Part shown: positions 1 through 13,496 of the stretch, one piece after another | How positions within the stretch are numbered: position 1 is the first letter of the stretch | Layout of the letters: the number at the start of each line of letters is the position of its first letter | Assembly (NCBI RefSeq): GCF_040938485.1 | Contig: NW_027271524.1 | Coordinates: 992,001-1,056,000, forward strand | Origin: Diadema antillarum | Lineage: Eukaryota | Length of the DNA: 64,000 nt | Reading direction: 5' to 3' | Program-made: the position numbers and the translations under genes | The notes under the pieces: generated by a model | Database searches by the model: none | What the model was told of the DNA's origin: nothing | What the model saw: the letters and a program-made list of their open reading frames with translations, nothing else

Positions 1-504
1 GATTCAGCACACTTCCTGTTTTGTTTTGGTTTTTTTTTTTTTCCACAGGGGAAAATATCAAAAGCCAGATACAAAACTTGGAGTTTGGAGACTGAATGAG
101 ATTCTGGCCAAGAGGATAGATTCATGGATCATTTGTTAGGAGGATGGGATGTTCATCAAATATGACCCCTCACCAAGTCATCCTGATATGAGTGAGAGAG
201 GGCAAAGCAAAGGAAACTGCAGAACACCATTATTATGGAAAACGACTGGCTATAAAGTATTTCATTTTTATTTTTCCTATATCACTCGCTTGCTCTCTTT
301 TCAATATTTCAATTTGAAGAGTCATTCATCTACAGAAAGGCACATCGTCCACTCTGGTGTCCTCAATCCATCCCCTAGTTCAATAAATATAATAACAAGC
401 TAACAACAACACAGACTGAGAGTTCTCAATGTCAAGATTTCAGTTCAATCAGAGAGAGAAAATGGTAACATTTTCCCGGTTTTACCTTGTGCACTATGCT
501 TTAA

Positions 505-888
505 AGTGATTGTATAGTTTTGGTTGAGACTTAACTTCAGGTTTTTATCATTTTTTTGGTGAGATAGTGAGAAACCTCTTATGAAATATGAAAGAGCATG
601 TAATTCCATGAGGATTTCAACATTTATTTGATGAAAATTGATTTTGAAATGGCTGGGATATCTAAATCACAGTGATCCTAATAAAGTGTGGGACCCACAT
701 TTTATCACGATCGTTTTGTTTTACTTTGTTTTTGGATGTTTCAGCTATTCCAAACCCGATTTTCATCAAATAAACTTTGAAATCCTCTTAAAATGGTATG
801 CTCTGTACTATTTCATAAGTGTGTTCTTGGTATCTCTAAAAAAAAGTTAAAGCCCAATTTTTATCTCCACCAATACTGTACCATCCCT
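505..888. mobile_element. Kolobok-like foldback MITE, family A (copy 1 of 6)
   Basis: TTAA on both sides (501-504, 889-892); imperfect terminal inverted repeats AG(T/G)GATTGTATAGTTTTGGTTGAG / CTCCACCAATACTGTACCATCCCT; internally near-palindromic; homologous to 14358, 16264, 23885, 42267, 63141. TTAA with purine-start termini is the Kolobok signature. Confidence 0.8.
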
Positions 889-2386
889 TTAAATGTGGGC
901 GAATGTCATGATAAATGATCAATATTTCTGCTGACGTACACCAAATGGATTCAGGCTTGTGGGTGGCATGTGAACAGACATGACAATAACATCAAGCTGA
1001 ACTTGAACTATGGCTTCGACATACCCGTTTTAACAATAGCTGAGTACCTCAGGGCTTGAGCAAAAAAAAAGATTGCCTCTTTTAGCCATGCTGTTTAAAA
1101 CACCCACAGAGTACCAAATGTCATCATTCCTTGCAGCCAGAAATATAGAACAAGTACTGATATAGGCCCATTCACACTTACAAAGTATTACCACGTTATT
1201 TTGCGCATCATTTCGTAATGTGAATGCACATAGACCGCAAAATACTGTGGTATTCAGGATGGTAATTCAAACGTCATGCAAAATACGTATGTGACGTCAT
1301 GGAATACCACTCACAGTACAAGGGTATATTCATCACCTGACCTGACACATTTCTTGTCTTCTCCACGTAGGCGATAAACGTATACGCAGTGCCTACCTAG
1401 CCTACATGTAGGAGAGGTGTACTTTTGGGCCAGAAATGCCACGGTTATTTCGTGGATGAAATTGGTCTCATCTGAAATACCGCGGTAGCTATCATTGTGG
1501 CATTTGCTAGTGAGGAGGGCGACAACAAACTATCGTGGTATCTAATCATACTACGGTAGTTCCACTGTGCGTGCGCCTTACGTGATGGCGACAGAGACCA
1601 GGCTTTTAGCTTCATCAGGTGGTTTACATTCAGTCTCCCGACAGGGTTAACCCACAGGAAAGGGTGCTTTCCTGCAGGGCCACGGACACACCAATCCCAC
1701 AATGCCCCACCAGGAAGTTTACGTCCCATGATACTTTCACTTTCTCTTCACCGCATCTTGCTAATCAATCCACTATGAACAGCTGTGTAAGTAAATACAC
1801 AGCAGCCAGACTGCACGCAACTTTTATGAACTGTTAATACTAGTGTAAGGTGTCACGGTCAACACTAAAAAGTAAAGAGGCAATACTTCGTCCCAAGTTT
1901 GCTTCCTGTCTGATGGACATTTTTTTCCCATTTAATTTTGTGGGAAATTTTGTGGGAAATGAGACATAAAATGATGTCTAAGTTGGCATCAACATTGTCT
2001 TGCTGTATATATGTATATTAAATATATACGGATATACAGATATAATATATGAAAAATCAAAATCATTTCGAACTGGCAAGGGGGAAATGTGTAGTTGAGG
2101 TTTTCAACTTGAAATGACTTGAATGATTTTATACCATACTCTGGAACTGCATAGACATTTGGAATCAGTTTTAAAAGTATAAAATAACTTGTTAAAGGAC
2201 ATATGTCTATATTTCCAATTTATTTCTACATTCTCATGTAGGACAAGGACATCTGCTTAGTAACAAAAACAAAAACAAAAACAAAAACAAAAACCCATCA
2301 CCCATCCCTCCACCATGCTCCAGGAGAAGTTTGATAAAGTGGTCATATTTTCCTATTTCATATTAACTTGTGTGGTTAAATTTCAG

Positions 2387-2560
2387 AGGCAACATCCTGG
2401 TGAGGCTACGTCCGCCTTAATGTTTGTTACTGAAAATGGACCACATCCTCCCAGCTACGACACTCGCGATCTTTCCTCCTCATCACGCCCCGAGAACGAG
2501 AGTGCTTTCCAACTCTCACGGAATAGGGAAATCAAGCTGGGACGGCAAGCGGGCAAACGT
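2387..2560 (+). CDS. Possible 174-nt symmetric exon (RQHPGEATS...PPSY...GRQAGKR), unrecognised product
   Basis: tttcag acceptor at 2381-2386, GTGAGG donor at 2561, open frame and raised GC; no homology recognised. Confidence 0.15.
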
Positions 2561-4878
2561 GTGAGGGGGTAGGGCATCCAGCGTCACACAATACAGTGAT
2601 TCACACCATCGTAACCCACTCCACTTTCGCCCTGTCCTCCCTACCAGCATTAACAGAGTTTCACACATGTGCACACTCATCGGTCTGCATTTCTTGCAGG
2701 GCAATGGGTAGTCTCTCCATCATAACCCTTTACTTCCAAGCTCAACTCACTATTCCAGTTAACACTTACAAACTGGTTGTAGACCATAAAAAATGCTCGC
2801 AATTGAACTAGACAGAGATAGCCCAAAAGTAACGAGAGCATGAGTGAACACACAGTCAGCGGGACGACGTAATTGATACATCAATGCTTATTCAAGTTGT
2901 TCTGAAAGAGAGACTAGCTTTGGGAAGGGTGAAGCAAGGTTCACACACCAGTGCTTGACTCACGGTCCAGCGAGTTCCCGGTAATGATCGCCTACGTCAC
3001 TGTGCGTAACAGGGCGGTATGCATTCACAAGCATGTGTAGGTGGAGGGGAGGAACAAAGAGTCCCTCTTGGAAGAAGAGATGGGTAAGGGGAAGGGATGG
3101 ACACTCTAGAGCCAAATGGCCAAGCAAGCGGCCAAACTGGAAAAGTCCCCAAACAAAGGACAGTCTTATCTCTCTCACACACATGCTAAGTCTGGAAGAA
3201 TGTGGTAATCTATATCAAAGCACATGCAAATGCTAGTTCTTCATCCAGACTCTGATTAGTCTAGTTTCTGGACACATGATCCAAGAAGACCAATGTAATA
3301 TCTGTGATAAGTTCACAGATTTTTATGAGCTACCTACATGTAGTACCAAACCAGAAGCAAAACACAGCGCCACAAATCATTTTTCTAAAGTACTGTAAAA
3401 CCAGAAACTTTTGCATGAAGAGCCGCAGGGATTGCGAAAGGCTTTGTCTACACAATGCACTGAATTCAAGTGTTAATTCGTAAAAAAGTTTTGTGTCCTG
3501 GAAAAGGTCAATGGCTCTAATTCGTGAAAGTTTCATGCCGTGGATGTTTCTGGTTTAACAGTAGGGCCTATACCATTTATGAATGATAGATGCTCTGATC
3601 TCAGAATCACATTGTACACATTTGAACATAATATGTTAACAAATCTGCGTACACCCAACCAGTATAATAATGTGCCGACGAGAGCCAAATCTCCTGTATT
3701 GATGAGATGTAAGTTACAGCCAGCGGGATCATTCTCTCGCTACAAAAGGGGGCTATAAAATATCATCATACACACAGGTGATTCATCATGATAAACAAAG
3801 TCTGAATCAGCTAGACTAGTGGGGCATAGCAATTCTAAAGAGTCTATTGCTTCGTATTAGGGTCCAATAGTCACATTCACAGCAGCCAAAGTTATCCGCC
3901 TCGCTGGCCCTGGACAAAAGCACCCCCTACGTCACTTCCACCCACCAAGCCACCCCCAGCGCCCTCATACAAACAGGTCCTTCTGCTGGGTCCTGTAATG
4001 TGGCACAGCTCAAACAGAATGCCCGGAAACTGTCTCCACTTCTTGGAAGGCATGCCACAGCAATGACTCTGTATGTTCTCTGACTGGCTGAAAAGATATT
4101 CGCTGTAATTTTGGGGGCCACTAAAGCTGAATGGGCCCTCAAAACTGCACAGAATCTTGCCTAAGCCCTTGGTTTCAGTTTCATACCAAGTACAAATTCA
4201 GCATGGGACATATGGAAACTTTTTTTGTGTGGAGGTCCCATTACTGTGTATCAGCTCTCTTTACATTACACGCTTCTTCATTATCTTTAATTGTCTAGTT
4301 TCGTATTCATTGAAGGTCACCATTCATGGAAAACGAATTTAACTTGAGGAGAAGATGTATGAATGCAGTGGTTATGATTATTCAAGCTGGGTTGTAAGTT
4401 GTTCCATGACCAGTGTGAGAATAGGGACTTTTCAATCGTGTGGATGAGGACGCCAGTCTCTTTCTCTAGTGGTGCCAAAAGGCTGCGGTCCACACCCTTT
4501 ACGTCCGCCTAGTTAAAACCCATTAAAATTTTCAGTTCTCATGTTCACATCACGAACATCATGAACTCACAGGCTCTGCCCCGCAGCTAGTCTGATTTTT
4601 ACATCCGCGTACATCATCTGTCCTAGAACTGAAGAGACAATGAAATTCTTCACATACTTGCATTCTCGATTCTAGCACTGAATAGCCTATATGCCAGAGA
4701 ACCTTGAGCATGCACAATTACTTCAAGTCATCACCATGTCACCCATTACATGGACATGAAATTTGAATGCTGTTAATGATATCACCCCAACGCTCTCAAC
4801 ACCAATGGCCCCTAGTATGTGCACAATGTCAGCACATTTCAGGCAGGTGGGTGTGAAAGGGTTAATCCGTGACTGTAA

Positions 4879-4891
4879 AGGTCAAAGGTCA
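4879..4891 (+). promoter_or_regulatory. Perfect nuclear-receptor DR1 element AGGTCA-A-AGGTCA
   Basis: Exact motif match, with TAATCC at 4863-4868 just upstream; function not shown. Confidence 0.3.
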
Positions 4892-6212
4892 TGTGTGGTG
4901 TGGCATCTCTCAACACAAAAATCAATCTCAAAATCCCTTTTAAGGCAATTCAGGCTGGAAAAAAAAAGAAGAAGAAGAAGGAACACGGAGCACTTTAGAT
5001 CGTGATGCTTTGATGTGAACAGAATCTATCAGAATACCTCAAAGCAGATTCAGAGTAAAAGTCATTTGTGACGAGTGGAAGGGTTGATTTGAACACGCAA
5101 GCAATGCCATGCTCTTACTTCACTTTGGCGCAAAAAAAAAAAAGCAAAGTGGTGTGAGAGGTTAAAATGCACAGTACCTGACCTGGCACAGCAAAACAAA
5201 ACAAAACAAAGAAAAAAAACCATAAAACAAAACGAAACAAACAAATAAACAAATCAGCTTGATACCAGGATTTGCAAGTCACTAATCTTTGCAGCACAAT
5301 GTCACATGCTTGTCCCTGAAGCACTTTTGGTAATATTATCAGTAAAAAAAAAAAAGTCATTTTACAAGCGCTGTTGGGGTTGAACACGATGTTTTGGAAG
5401 TGTATAACAGAGCTTCAACTTCAGCTGCTCCTGTGCATGAAGAAAAATGGGCACTGTAAAATGTGGTAAATTATAGTACATTCCACTAATGATGTGTCTT
5501 CACTTTGAGCATAGTGGGATGGGGGGGGGGGGGGGTGGGGGGTAAGATACACAAATATGCATTACACTGCATCCCAGAACTAATACACAAAAGATCATGG
5601 ATTTTTACAAAGCCTGTGTAGCATATCATGCACACACATTCTTGTGGACAGTCATTCCTCTTTTTATCACAATCATTACAAAAAATGCACAATAATGACA
5701 CTAAAAACAAATACCAACATGGCCATGCAACTTCTGAGATATTTAAGATTTCCAGTAGAAGGTCCAATTGCATCTAGAAGACACACTAGTTAATAGGTTC
5801 ACATGATGTTTTATCTTTAATACAAAGATTAACTTGAAGTTTTTAAAACTTTGGTGATTAGCTTTAGGCTAGAAGTTTAGGTTCAATACTGTGGAGACCC
5901 AAGTGAAGATTTGGTATAGCAATCTTAACGATTAGTTGATGATTAGAACCACAATATATTTGGGGGTTTATGCTCTTTCCAGAAGTTACAAGGGTCCCCA
6001 CTCATAGGTTAGCATCATGTGGACACAATAATCAGCAAACTTTAAAGTTGGTGTAACCCTCCATGAACTCTAATCTCCCTCAGCTTCCGGGTCGACATCT
6101 ACTGCACATTGCAGACTGCTGTATCATCACTCGCTAGGACTGTGTGTACGTGTTTCTTCTGGTTCTGTGGTTTAAAAATCAAGTGGGACTCTCACTCAAA
6201 AGTTTAAAACCA

Positions 6213-6394
6213 CAGTCAAACCTGCCTTAGCAACTACCTGTCTACAGCGACAACCTGCCCTGTATAGCCACTAAAAACAATTTCTCCCAAAAGATAAGCC
6301 CCATTTAAAAAGGCCCTGTGTATTAATAGCGGTCACCTGTCTATAACAGCCACTTTTTGTCTCCCTTGGATGGCCGTATAGACAGGTTTGACTG
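6213..6394. mobile_element. pogo/Tigger-like (Tc1/mariner superfamily) MITE
   Basis: Perfect 12-bp TIR CAGTCAAACCTG / CAGGTTTGACTG; right flank TA, left flank CA. Confidence 0.75.
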
Positions 6395-6453
6395 TACATG
6401 CTTATCACTGAAGTTTTCAAACTTTTGAGTACCCAGTGAAGAAGAAAACCATT

Positions 6454-6795
6454 AGTTACGTTCAGACGACAGGCCTTAACCTCCAGGTTAGGAAACCTCG
6501 AGGTTAAGCTCTTGCCCCCTAAGTAGACGTGCGTCCACACGACGAATCTTAACCTCGAGGTTAAGCTCCTGCCCCTTTCAGTACGTTGATTTTTGTGTCC
6601 TCTCGGTGCGTAACTACAAGTGGGACCCCCCGCGGCTTGTAGCTAGAGCGCTAACCATGAGATATCTCGTGGCTCTGAACATCGAGCTAACCTCGAGGTT
6701 AGCTAACTACGAGTGTGTCTACACGGTCCCTAACTACAAACTTAACCTCAAGGTTTCCTAACCTCGAGGTTAAGGCTTGTCGTCTGAACCTAACT
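6454..6795. mobile_element. PIF/Harbinger-like MITE with repeated AACCTCGAGGTT palindromes
   Basis: About 30-bp TIR AGTTACGTTCAGACGACAGGCCTTAACCTC with near-perfect partner at the right end; 3-bp duplication ATT (6451-6453, 6796-6798). Confidence 0.8.
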
Positions 6796-7226
6796 ATTGT
6801 GAGAACCTAACTAATGCTTGGGGAAAAGGGGAGGAAGTAGAAAGCCAGAGCTAATTCTACGAAAACTTTCCTGAAGGAGGAAGTGAGAGGGGGTGGAAGG
6901 TTGGGGGGGGGGGGGGGGGTGGAGGGATACTGGGTCACTACTGCTTCCTTCCAAATCACTTCCTTGTTTGCAGGAAAGAAAGGGTATCGGTGTCAGGACT
7001 GGCAAGGGACACAACCTATAGTCCCATCTCCTATAGCTACTTTCTGAAAACAGTGGTTCATAAACCTGTACATCGTACTCTGTTGTGCGAACAAATCAGA
7101 ATAGCAAAATGTAATGATAGGTCTTCGTTTGATGACACATCTTGGAAATTGCAGTAAAAGATCTATTCGAAAAGACAGCAAAACTTTTGATATTAAAGAA
7201 ATCATGACACAAACTTAGCAGCAAGT

Positions 7227-7239
7227 GTTGCTGGGCAAC
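7227..7239. promoter_or_regulatory. RFX X-box (GTTGCTGGGCAAC)
   Basis: Matches the 13-bp EF-C/RFX palindromic consensus GTTGCYNGGCAAC. Confidence 0.5.
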
Positions 7240-9388
7240 TGTAGCAAAAGTCAGCCCAAACAGCTTCAGAATCACTGTGTGAAATTTGCTGTTAACATTT
7301 TCAATGTGAATTCTTCACTGCTGAGAAGTTGAAATTTTGTCATACCGTGACCTAGAGTCAATGCTTACATCACTCCCGCAGCCCAACATGAAAATGTTAA
7401 GCTGGCTTGTCAGATTACTGGTAATGTTATGTCCGTTTGTGAGCAGCAGACAGCAGAGTGTCCGTCAAGGTGGCAAAAAGTCACAATTTTTCTCTTGTGC
7501 TATAATATTGCCACTTTCTGTAATGATGCTGCACAAAAGAAAAGGTGGAACATTGCCATCTAAAATATGGTAAGCACTGTTTCCTGTGAAATTTGATTGG
7601 ACCAAGGCATACCCTCTTAAGCAGGGAGCTCACACTTTAAAAAAGAATCTTGGCCATACAATTTGTCAATATTGTATGTAAAGAGTGTCCGTTATGAGGA
7701 AAATCATGATAGTAACTATTGCAAGGTGTGTGCAATATTGTTGCTGTAATAGCAAGTTTCAAGAGAAAGATTAATGACATGATGGAATAGGTTGATTTCC
7801 TCTCACAGCATCAGTTTGAGCCAATCAATTGAACAAATTCAAAGGTCTATCATCTATTAAAGAGCAAGGCATGCAAAACAAATTTGTCATTAGTCTAGAC
7901 TTCTGGTCTTATATTACTGCAGCATGATGAGATTTTTTCACATGCACAGATGAATCAATTATGTGTAACTCACTTTCTGAAGTTCCTAGATGGAATACGA
8001 TGATATATATTTTGAAAACAAAAACAAAAAAGCAAGTGTGTCGAAGAATCTATATCACCAGAACATGTTCGTCAGCCATTTCTGCGGGTTTCCATTCTGG
8101 TTTCAGCGATTCCGTAGGAGCAATAAATGGGCGGCACTATCAGACGTTATCGCCAAATCTATCTACTTATCCCCGCAAATGAGTTGCCTTGATTGCACAG
8201 CAGCGATCCTTGCACCCATTCTCGGCAATAACCCAGCATTCTGGATCACAGCACACCATGCAACCAGTTTAAAGGACTGAAATCACGTATACAGATTTAA
8301 ATATATATGGGTCAGGGGAAGAAAGACATCCACACTAAGCTGTATCAAATGAGAGTGATGGCATGGCAAAATGGACAAAAAAAAAATTAGGTCTGGCAAA
8401 ATTTGCGGAGAATCATGCAAATGTTAGAATCAACTTAACAAAAAAATCACTGAATAATCACTTCCAGGCAATTCAGTTCTTTTTGATATCACTGATGTTG
8501 CTCTACCCATTTGTTTCATACCGAAGGGAAATTATCAACTTTCATGCATTTCGCTCTTTCGACATGCACTTTATTTATAAGGCGGCACTAGAAATTGATA
8601 ATACCGTTCAGATCATAACTAACTTCCCATGAGCACACAAATATGTGTGGATGGACGTGGGATTGAGGGGTGTCAATTTCCTCAAACTAGTACTTTCTAG
8701 AAATCAAACCAATTCTTCATTTGTATTTCTACTAAAGAACAAAAGAATAAAACTCAAACGGCAGATCTCCTTAACTATGAAAGAAGAAATCCTTACTATC
8801 TCAGTTCAAAGTTTCGACCCAAAAGCAATACCTAAGCGAATGTGTTCAGCATCAACAACTAAAACTTCAGTAACACTGACTATACCCCTTCTGACTTCTG
8901 TCTTTTCATTGCCAGAATATGTAGATGGTGGCAAACAAGATACAAGTACGAACTGCATGATAGAAGAGCGGAATACTATAGTATGTTCTGATTTGATAAA
9001 TCAGCAATGAATTTCCAAAGTGGTTTGCTGCTTTAAGCCACACAGGGAAGAAAATCCACCTACTGAGGACTGACCATTTGCAGAGTAAACAGATTTAAAA
9101 GGTTTAATCCTTGGAAAGAGGAACCACACAAACTCAAACAGGTCCTGATATCACTGAAGGATGGCCTATTCTGATTAGCTGCGTGCATGCTTCACGACAG
9201 GCACAATGGCATAACATTGATATCTCACAATTTAAATCCCACCACTGTTATCTATGAAGAAAACTTGCGGGAGGAAAAAAGACCGCTTATAATGTGGTCA
9301 TTCATGATAGAGGCCACACTGTTTGGTGGTTGCTTTAATATGAAAACCAAGACAGATGCAGAAGTTAGAACATTATGCCCTTTGTTAA

Positions 9389-9473
9389 CCCGTTGAGGAC
9401 GAGTCCCGAGAATACTCGGGCAAGCGTCTATGGGAAATGTGTGTTGTAGCAAAATCAAACCATCCTCAATGGG
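9389..9473 (+). mobile_element. 85-bp piggyBac-like MITE (1 of 8)
   Basis: TTAA|CCC...GGG|TTAA; 13-bp imperfect TIR CCCGTTGAGGACG; internal CCCGAG-N4-CTCGGG palindrome. Confidence 0.85.
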
Positions 9474-9819
9474 TTAAATATGATGTGCCAAGCACAGGTA
9501 GAAATGGATAAGAAAAAAAAAATCCTTTTGCTGATACTGCATAGCTAGGGCCTTTATAGCAATCAATCAAAATGTGGATGACATCTGCCAATCTCTCTAG
9601 ACTTAACATCATTGTCACTGTAATCTAGACTATCAGCTTAAATCCTCTACAGTTTTTTTTTTTAAGTTATAGAAAAATGAGCAAAGAAAATGGGATTCCA
9701 TCAGGATTTTTCAGTAAGATGTACACTTGCACTTTTTTTTCATCTTCTGCCTCTTTTTCAATCTTTTCTTCGATCTCTTTTTCTTCATCATCAGTTTCAT
9801 TGTTATCAATGTCGTCACC

Positions 9820-9862
9820 GCCTCCACCGCCTCCTCCTCCTCCTCCTCCTTCTTCTTCTTTC
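9820..9862. repeat. (CCT/TCT)n microsatellite within a low-complexity tract (~9730-9870)
   Basis: Direct reading; source of several spurious poly-P/poly-G/poly-S ORFs. Confidence 0.9.
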
Positions 9863-10827
9863 TTCTCAATTATGAATCCAACTCTACAGCAATACACAAA
9901 CATGCACAGCACGTGGGGTTGAGAACAAAATGAGTAGTGTACTACATTTCCCAGGACAACAAGCTGAAATGTATTTTCAGCAATTCAGAACAATTTGAAA
10001 AAGTGCATTTGCTTTTGCTGTGTTTTGCTTTTTTTTTGCAACAAGCAAAGACATTCCCAGTCAAATGTTTAAAAAAATCCTACCATGTCATTTGCTGTAA
10101 AGACATTATTGTATGATATCTATCTCGTTCAAATACATTAATAAAAATACAAACACACACACACATTCAAAATGTAAAAACCAAACTAGAAAACAAATGA
10201 TACTCCATCTGGTACTGGACTGTAAGCTCAGACTATTACTAAAACAGTCTAATTAACAGGTAACCTTTGTCAAAGCCCTCTCACTGTAGTAATTGCAGCA
10301 GAATCCAACAGCCATTTGTCACATGAGACAGAGTAAGGCCACCAGCGAGAGTCAAGCCCAATCAACCCTGTCTGAGGGTGAGTTTATGCACATATTTGCA
10401 AAGGCAGAATCACTGTTATGAAACTCTGATCTGAAATGCTGATCCAAACACCACTCGCAGAAGTACTTACTGTTTATGCTCAATTTTTGGAGCTCAAGAA
10501 TGATCCAATTTCCCAAACATTCGCTGCTCATTGTAGAAAAACTATAAAACTCTATTGTAGCTACACTGTACCTGTTCATTAAAATCAGCGCATGGGATGT
10601 TGCATTGAAAAGTCATTTTGGCTTCAACAACACAGTTCAAGAAATGGTGTTTTGGTCAACCTGAACACCGATATTTCATGCTACGCTGCGTGGCACAGTA
10701 CCGATGTCCTAGCGTGGTCCTAGTTTTCATGTACATGTATCTACAGTGTGTGTATGTAGATTTGTATGTTAAATTTCAGGCAGACTGGAATTTGACTAGC
10801 TCACCTGCATGATCTGAGGGGCAATCA

Positions 10828-10841
10828 GTTACCATGACAAC
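10828..10841. promoter_or_regulatory. RFX X-box (GTTACCATGACAAC)
   Basis: Full match to the 14-bp X-box consensus. Confidence 0.5.
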
Positions 10842-12873
10842 AAGATCATTTATAGCAGACCCCTATTCGAGAATACGCATGTATAGTACGGTTGTGGGCA
10901 TCACTGGAATCTAGCCACTGTTTTGGTGCATTTTTCTTATTATATTGCTGTCTTTTAAACACTCCCTAGCAGCCAAAACTTTCTTTTTTCATTCTTTTTA
11001 TATATGGCTCTTAAAACAGTCCACAGCAGCCAGAATTTCTGGTTAAAATGTTCGATGGAGCTATAATTGAATTGCTCTCTGATTAATAGCAGGGCACTAC
11101 AGAGGATATTTCTCGTGTTTGCCCTATGTAAGTGGGCAATTAGGCAAGAGCTTTGCACTCTTTAACAGGCAAATAATAATTTATCATACTTGCCCGACGA
11201 GTTTTAGTTGCCTAAGGTAAGTGGGTGAGTGGGTTTGTGTGGCACGCTGATTGGACTGGCTCCAAATTTCTCAAGGTAGACTTAACGAGTCAAAGATTTG
11301 TACGCAATATGTAAATCATCAGTAACAAGGTGTCAAACCGATTATGATGTCCATTTCTGCACAGAAACAATCAGTGGATCAATATAAGAATCATTTCACA
11401 ATGGGAGAAAAGCAGGTTTTCATGAATCAAGTGTAGAGCACCAAATGATGTGATGCACAATGATGAAGTTTGCAAATAAGAACTACAAATATTACCAAAG
11501 AATGCATTCAAACGGTATTGGTTTCTACAATGATCAATACTTCACCTTGTTCTGTTTTGTTTTGTTTTGTTTTGTTTTATGTGGAGTATCTACAGTGCCA
11601 CTTTACATGAAGAAACAAATGTGGTTGAACAGTCTGGCAGGGAAATATTCAAACAAAACTTCATTCTGCACTTTGAAGGGGTGGGTGGGTGGGTAGAGAT
11701 TCCGAGACACTACAAACCAAATGATTTTCATCGTAGCATCTAAAGCTTGCTCATACTACCACGAAATGCAGAAATGCATGCGGATATGATAAATAGACTT
11801 GAGCGGGTTTTCACCGCGTCCTCTCTCTCAAAACAAGAACAAAACAGAACGAACCATGGCCTATGCTCAATGACTCAAGAAGTATCTGAAAGCTGGCCCC
11901 CTTCCCCTTTCTCTGCACACCCTGATCCACATGAACTTGTGAACTGTGAGAGCACCCTATAGGATTACAATGCAAATTGTTCTCTCAATTTTCAAACGCT
12001 GCCACCATGAGAGGATCGGCACTTGCATACTAAAACTGCTCCATCCCGACACATACAGTCATGGGTCCGTGTCAAACAAATGACACATGCACAATCTATC
12101 ACTCTTTCTTTTTCTTTTCCATTCCTAAAAAGCAAATAACTAATTTCCCTTGTAAGATTTAGCATTGATAACAATATATTCAGATGTGTTATCGAAATAA
12201 CACTGAAAACACAATGATGTATGCACATTGTTCACTCTGTAGAAAAGATGTTGTGTTGTTTCAACGTTATACCTAAGATTTTTGTTCCTCTTTTGCCATG
12301 TGTTCAGGGAATGAAATTTTCCCATCTCATTTCATCCTCCTCCTCTACAAAGTTATAGACTGATTTTGCACAGCATTACCATGAAGCTCCTTGACATTAT
12401 GTGAGCATCACAAAACTTTGCCCTGATGAATTTTTTTTTTCTTTGCTGGAAAGACAATTACAAAAAAAAAAAAAATATGGCTTCACTGACATTTTGAATC
12501 AGAACGAAACTGCTTTCACGTTGGGTACCAATTCCAGCATCAGAAGCATTTGAAATTAAAAGAATATTTTCAAATAGTCACACAAGAAGCCATGAAAGAA
12601 AAGCTGCAAAAAAAAAAAAAAAAAATCAAATTCAAAGTTCAGAAAAAAAAAAGAGAGTGGTAAAGACTTTTTCAGTATCACGATGATCGAAACTTTCATG
12701 ATAGTGTAGCCCAAAGGGTTCATAACTTTACGTTTATATTGGGACTGTGTGAATGTAACTCATAGCTAGCTAGTAGCTAACTCCAGGTTAGCATAGACAC
12801 TCCAAACCACAAGAAATCTTGTGGTGAGGTTGTGGTAGCTTGATAGAAAGGGCACCCCTGCAGAGTAATCAGA

Positions 12874-13310
12874 AGGCCCGTTCACAAACAAGGGAAAAAG
12901 TGAGATTTAAAAATTGATTTTCTTATCGCGATTAAAATTTCGAAATTTTTTCCTGTGAGGACAGAAAAATCTCACTAATTTTCGCGATCCTAATCGTGAT
13001 CCAACTCGCACTATTAGGGCAATATTTCAGAAAAATTGTGATTATTTTGCCTAGCGTTGTGTGTGTGAGCACGATCAAGATTCGGAAATCAGTATTTTCA
13101 ATCCCATCGTTCGTAGCGCGCGTGAAACTCTATTGGAACCGTGGGGTCAGTCTTCGGTCATGCAAGTTTAGCGCATGCGCAATTTGGCCACTGATTGTTC
13201 TTTCCTTGCTGCGAAGTGCGATTTTTCCCTGTGTATGAACGGTCGAAAAAAAAAAATCAAAATTTGGATCGTGATTGTAATTTCGATTTTCGTTGTGTGT
13301 GAATGGGCCT
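12874..13310. mobile_element. PIF/Harbinger-like MITE
   Basis: TIR AGGCCCGTTCACA / TGTGAATGGGCCT; 3-bp duplication AGA; CpG-rich interior with ATCG(C/T)GAT repeats. Confidence 0.75.
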
Positions 13311-13496
13311 AGAGTTAGCCTGCCAGTGTGAACACATCTAAAGGTCATGGTGGAGCTCGACCCCTGTGAATGATTACCTTAAATTGTTTAAGCACTATTA
13401 GCTGCATTCCCACACACTTAAAATCAAATTTTTTTGATCATCTTTTTTCACAAAAAATAAACTTTCACAATCTGCATTGCCGTGTGAAAAACCAAA

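Noticed and set aside
1670-1692. RE1/REST-like site (CAGGGCCACGGACAC)
   Set aside because: Only about 14/21 match to the consensus, with both flanks degenerate.
6454-6795. CRISPR-like array of palindromic repeats
   Set aside because: Eukaryotic DNA, irregular spacing, no cas genes, and the repeats are enclosed by TIRs with a target duplication.
9667-9933. Overlapping acidic/poly-Gly/poly-Pro ORFs
   Set aside because: Translations of a trinucleotide microsatellite tract with no splice or domain support.
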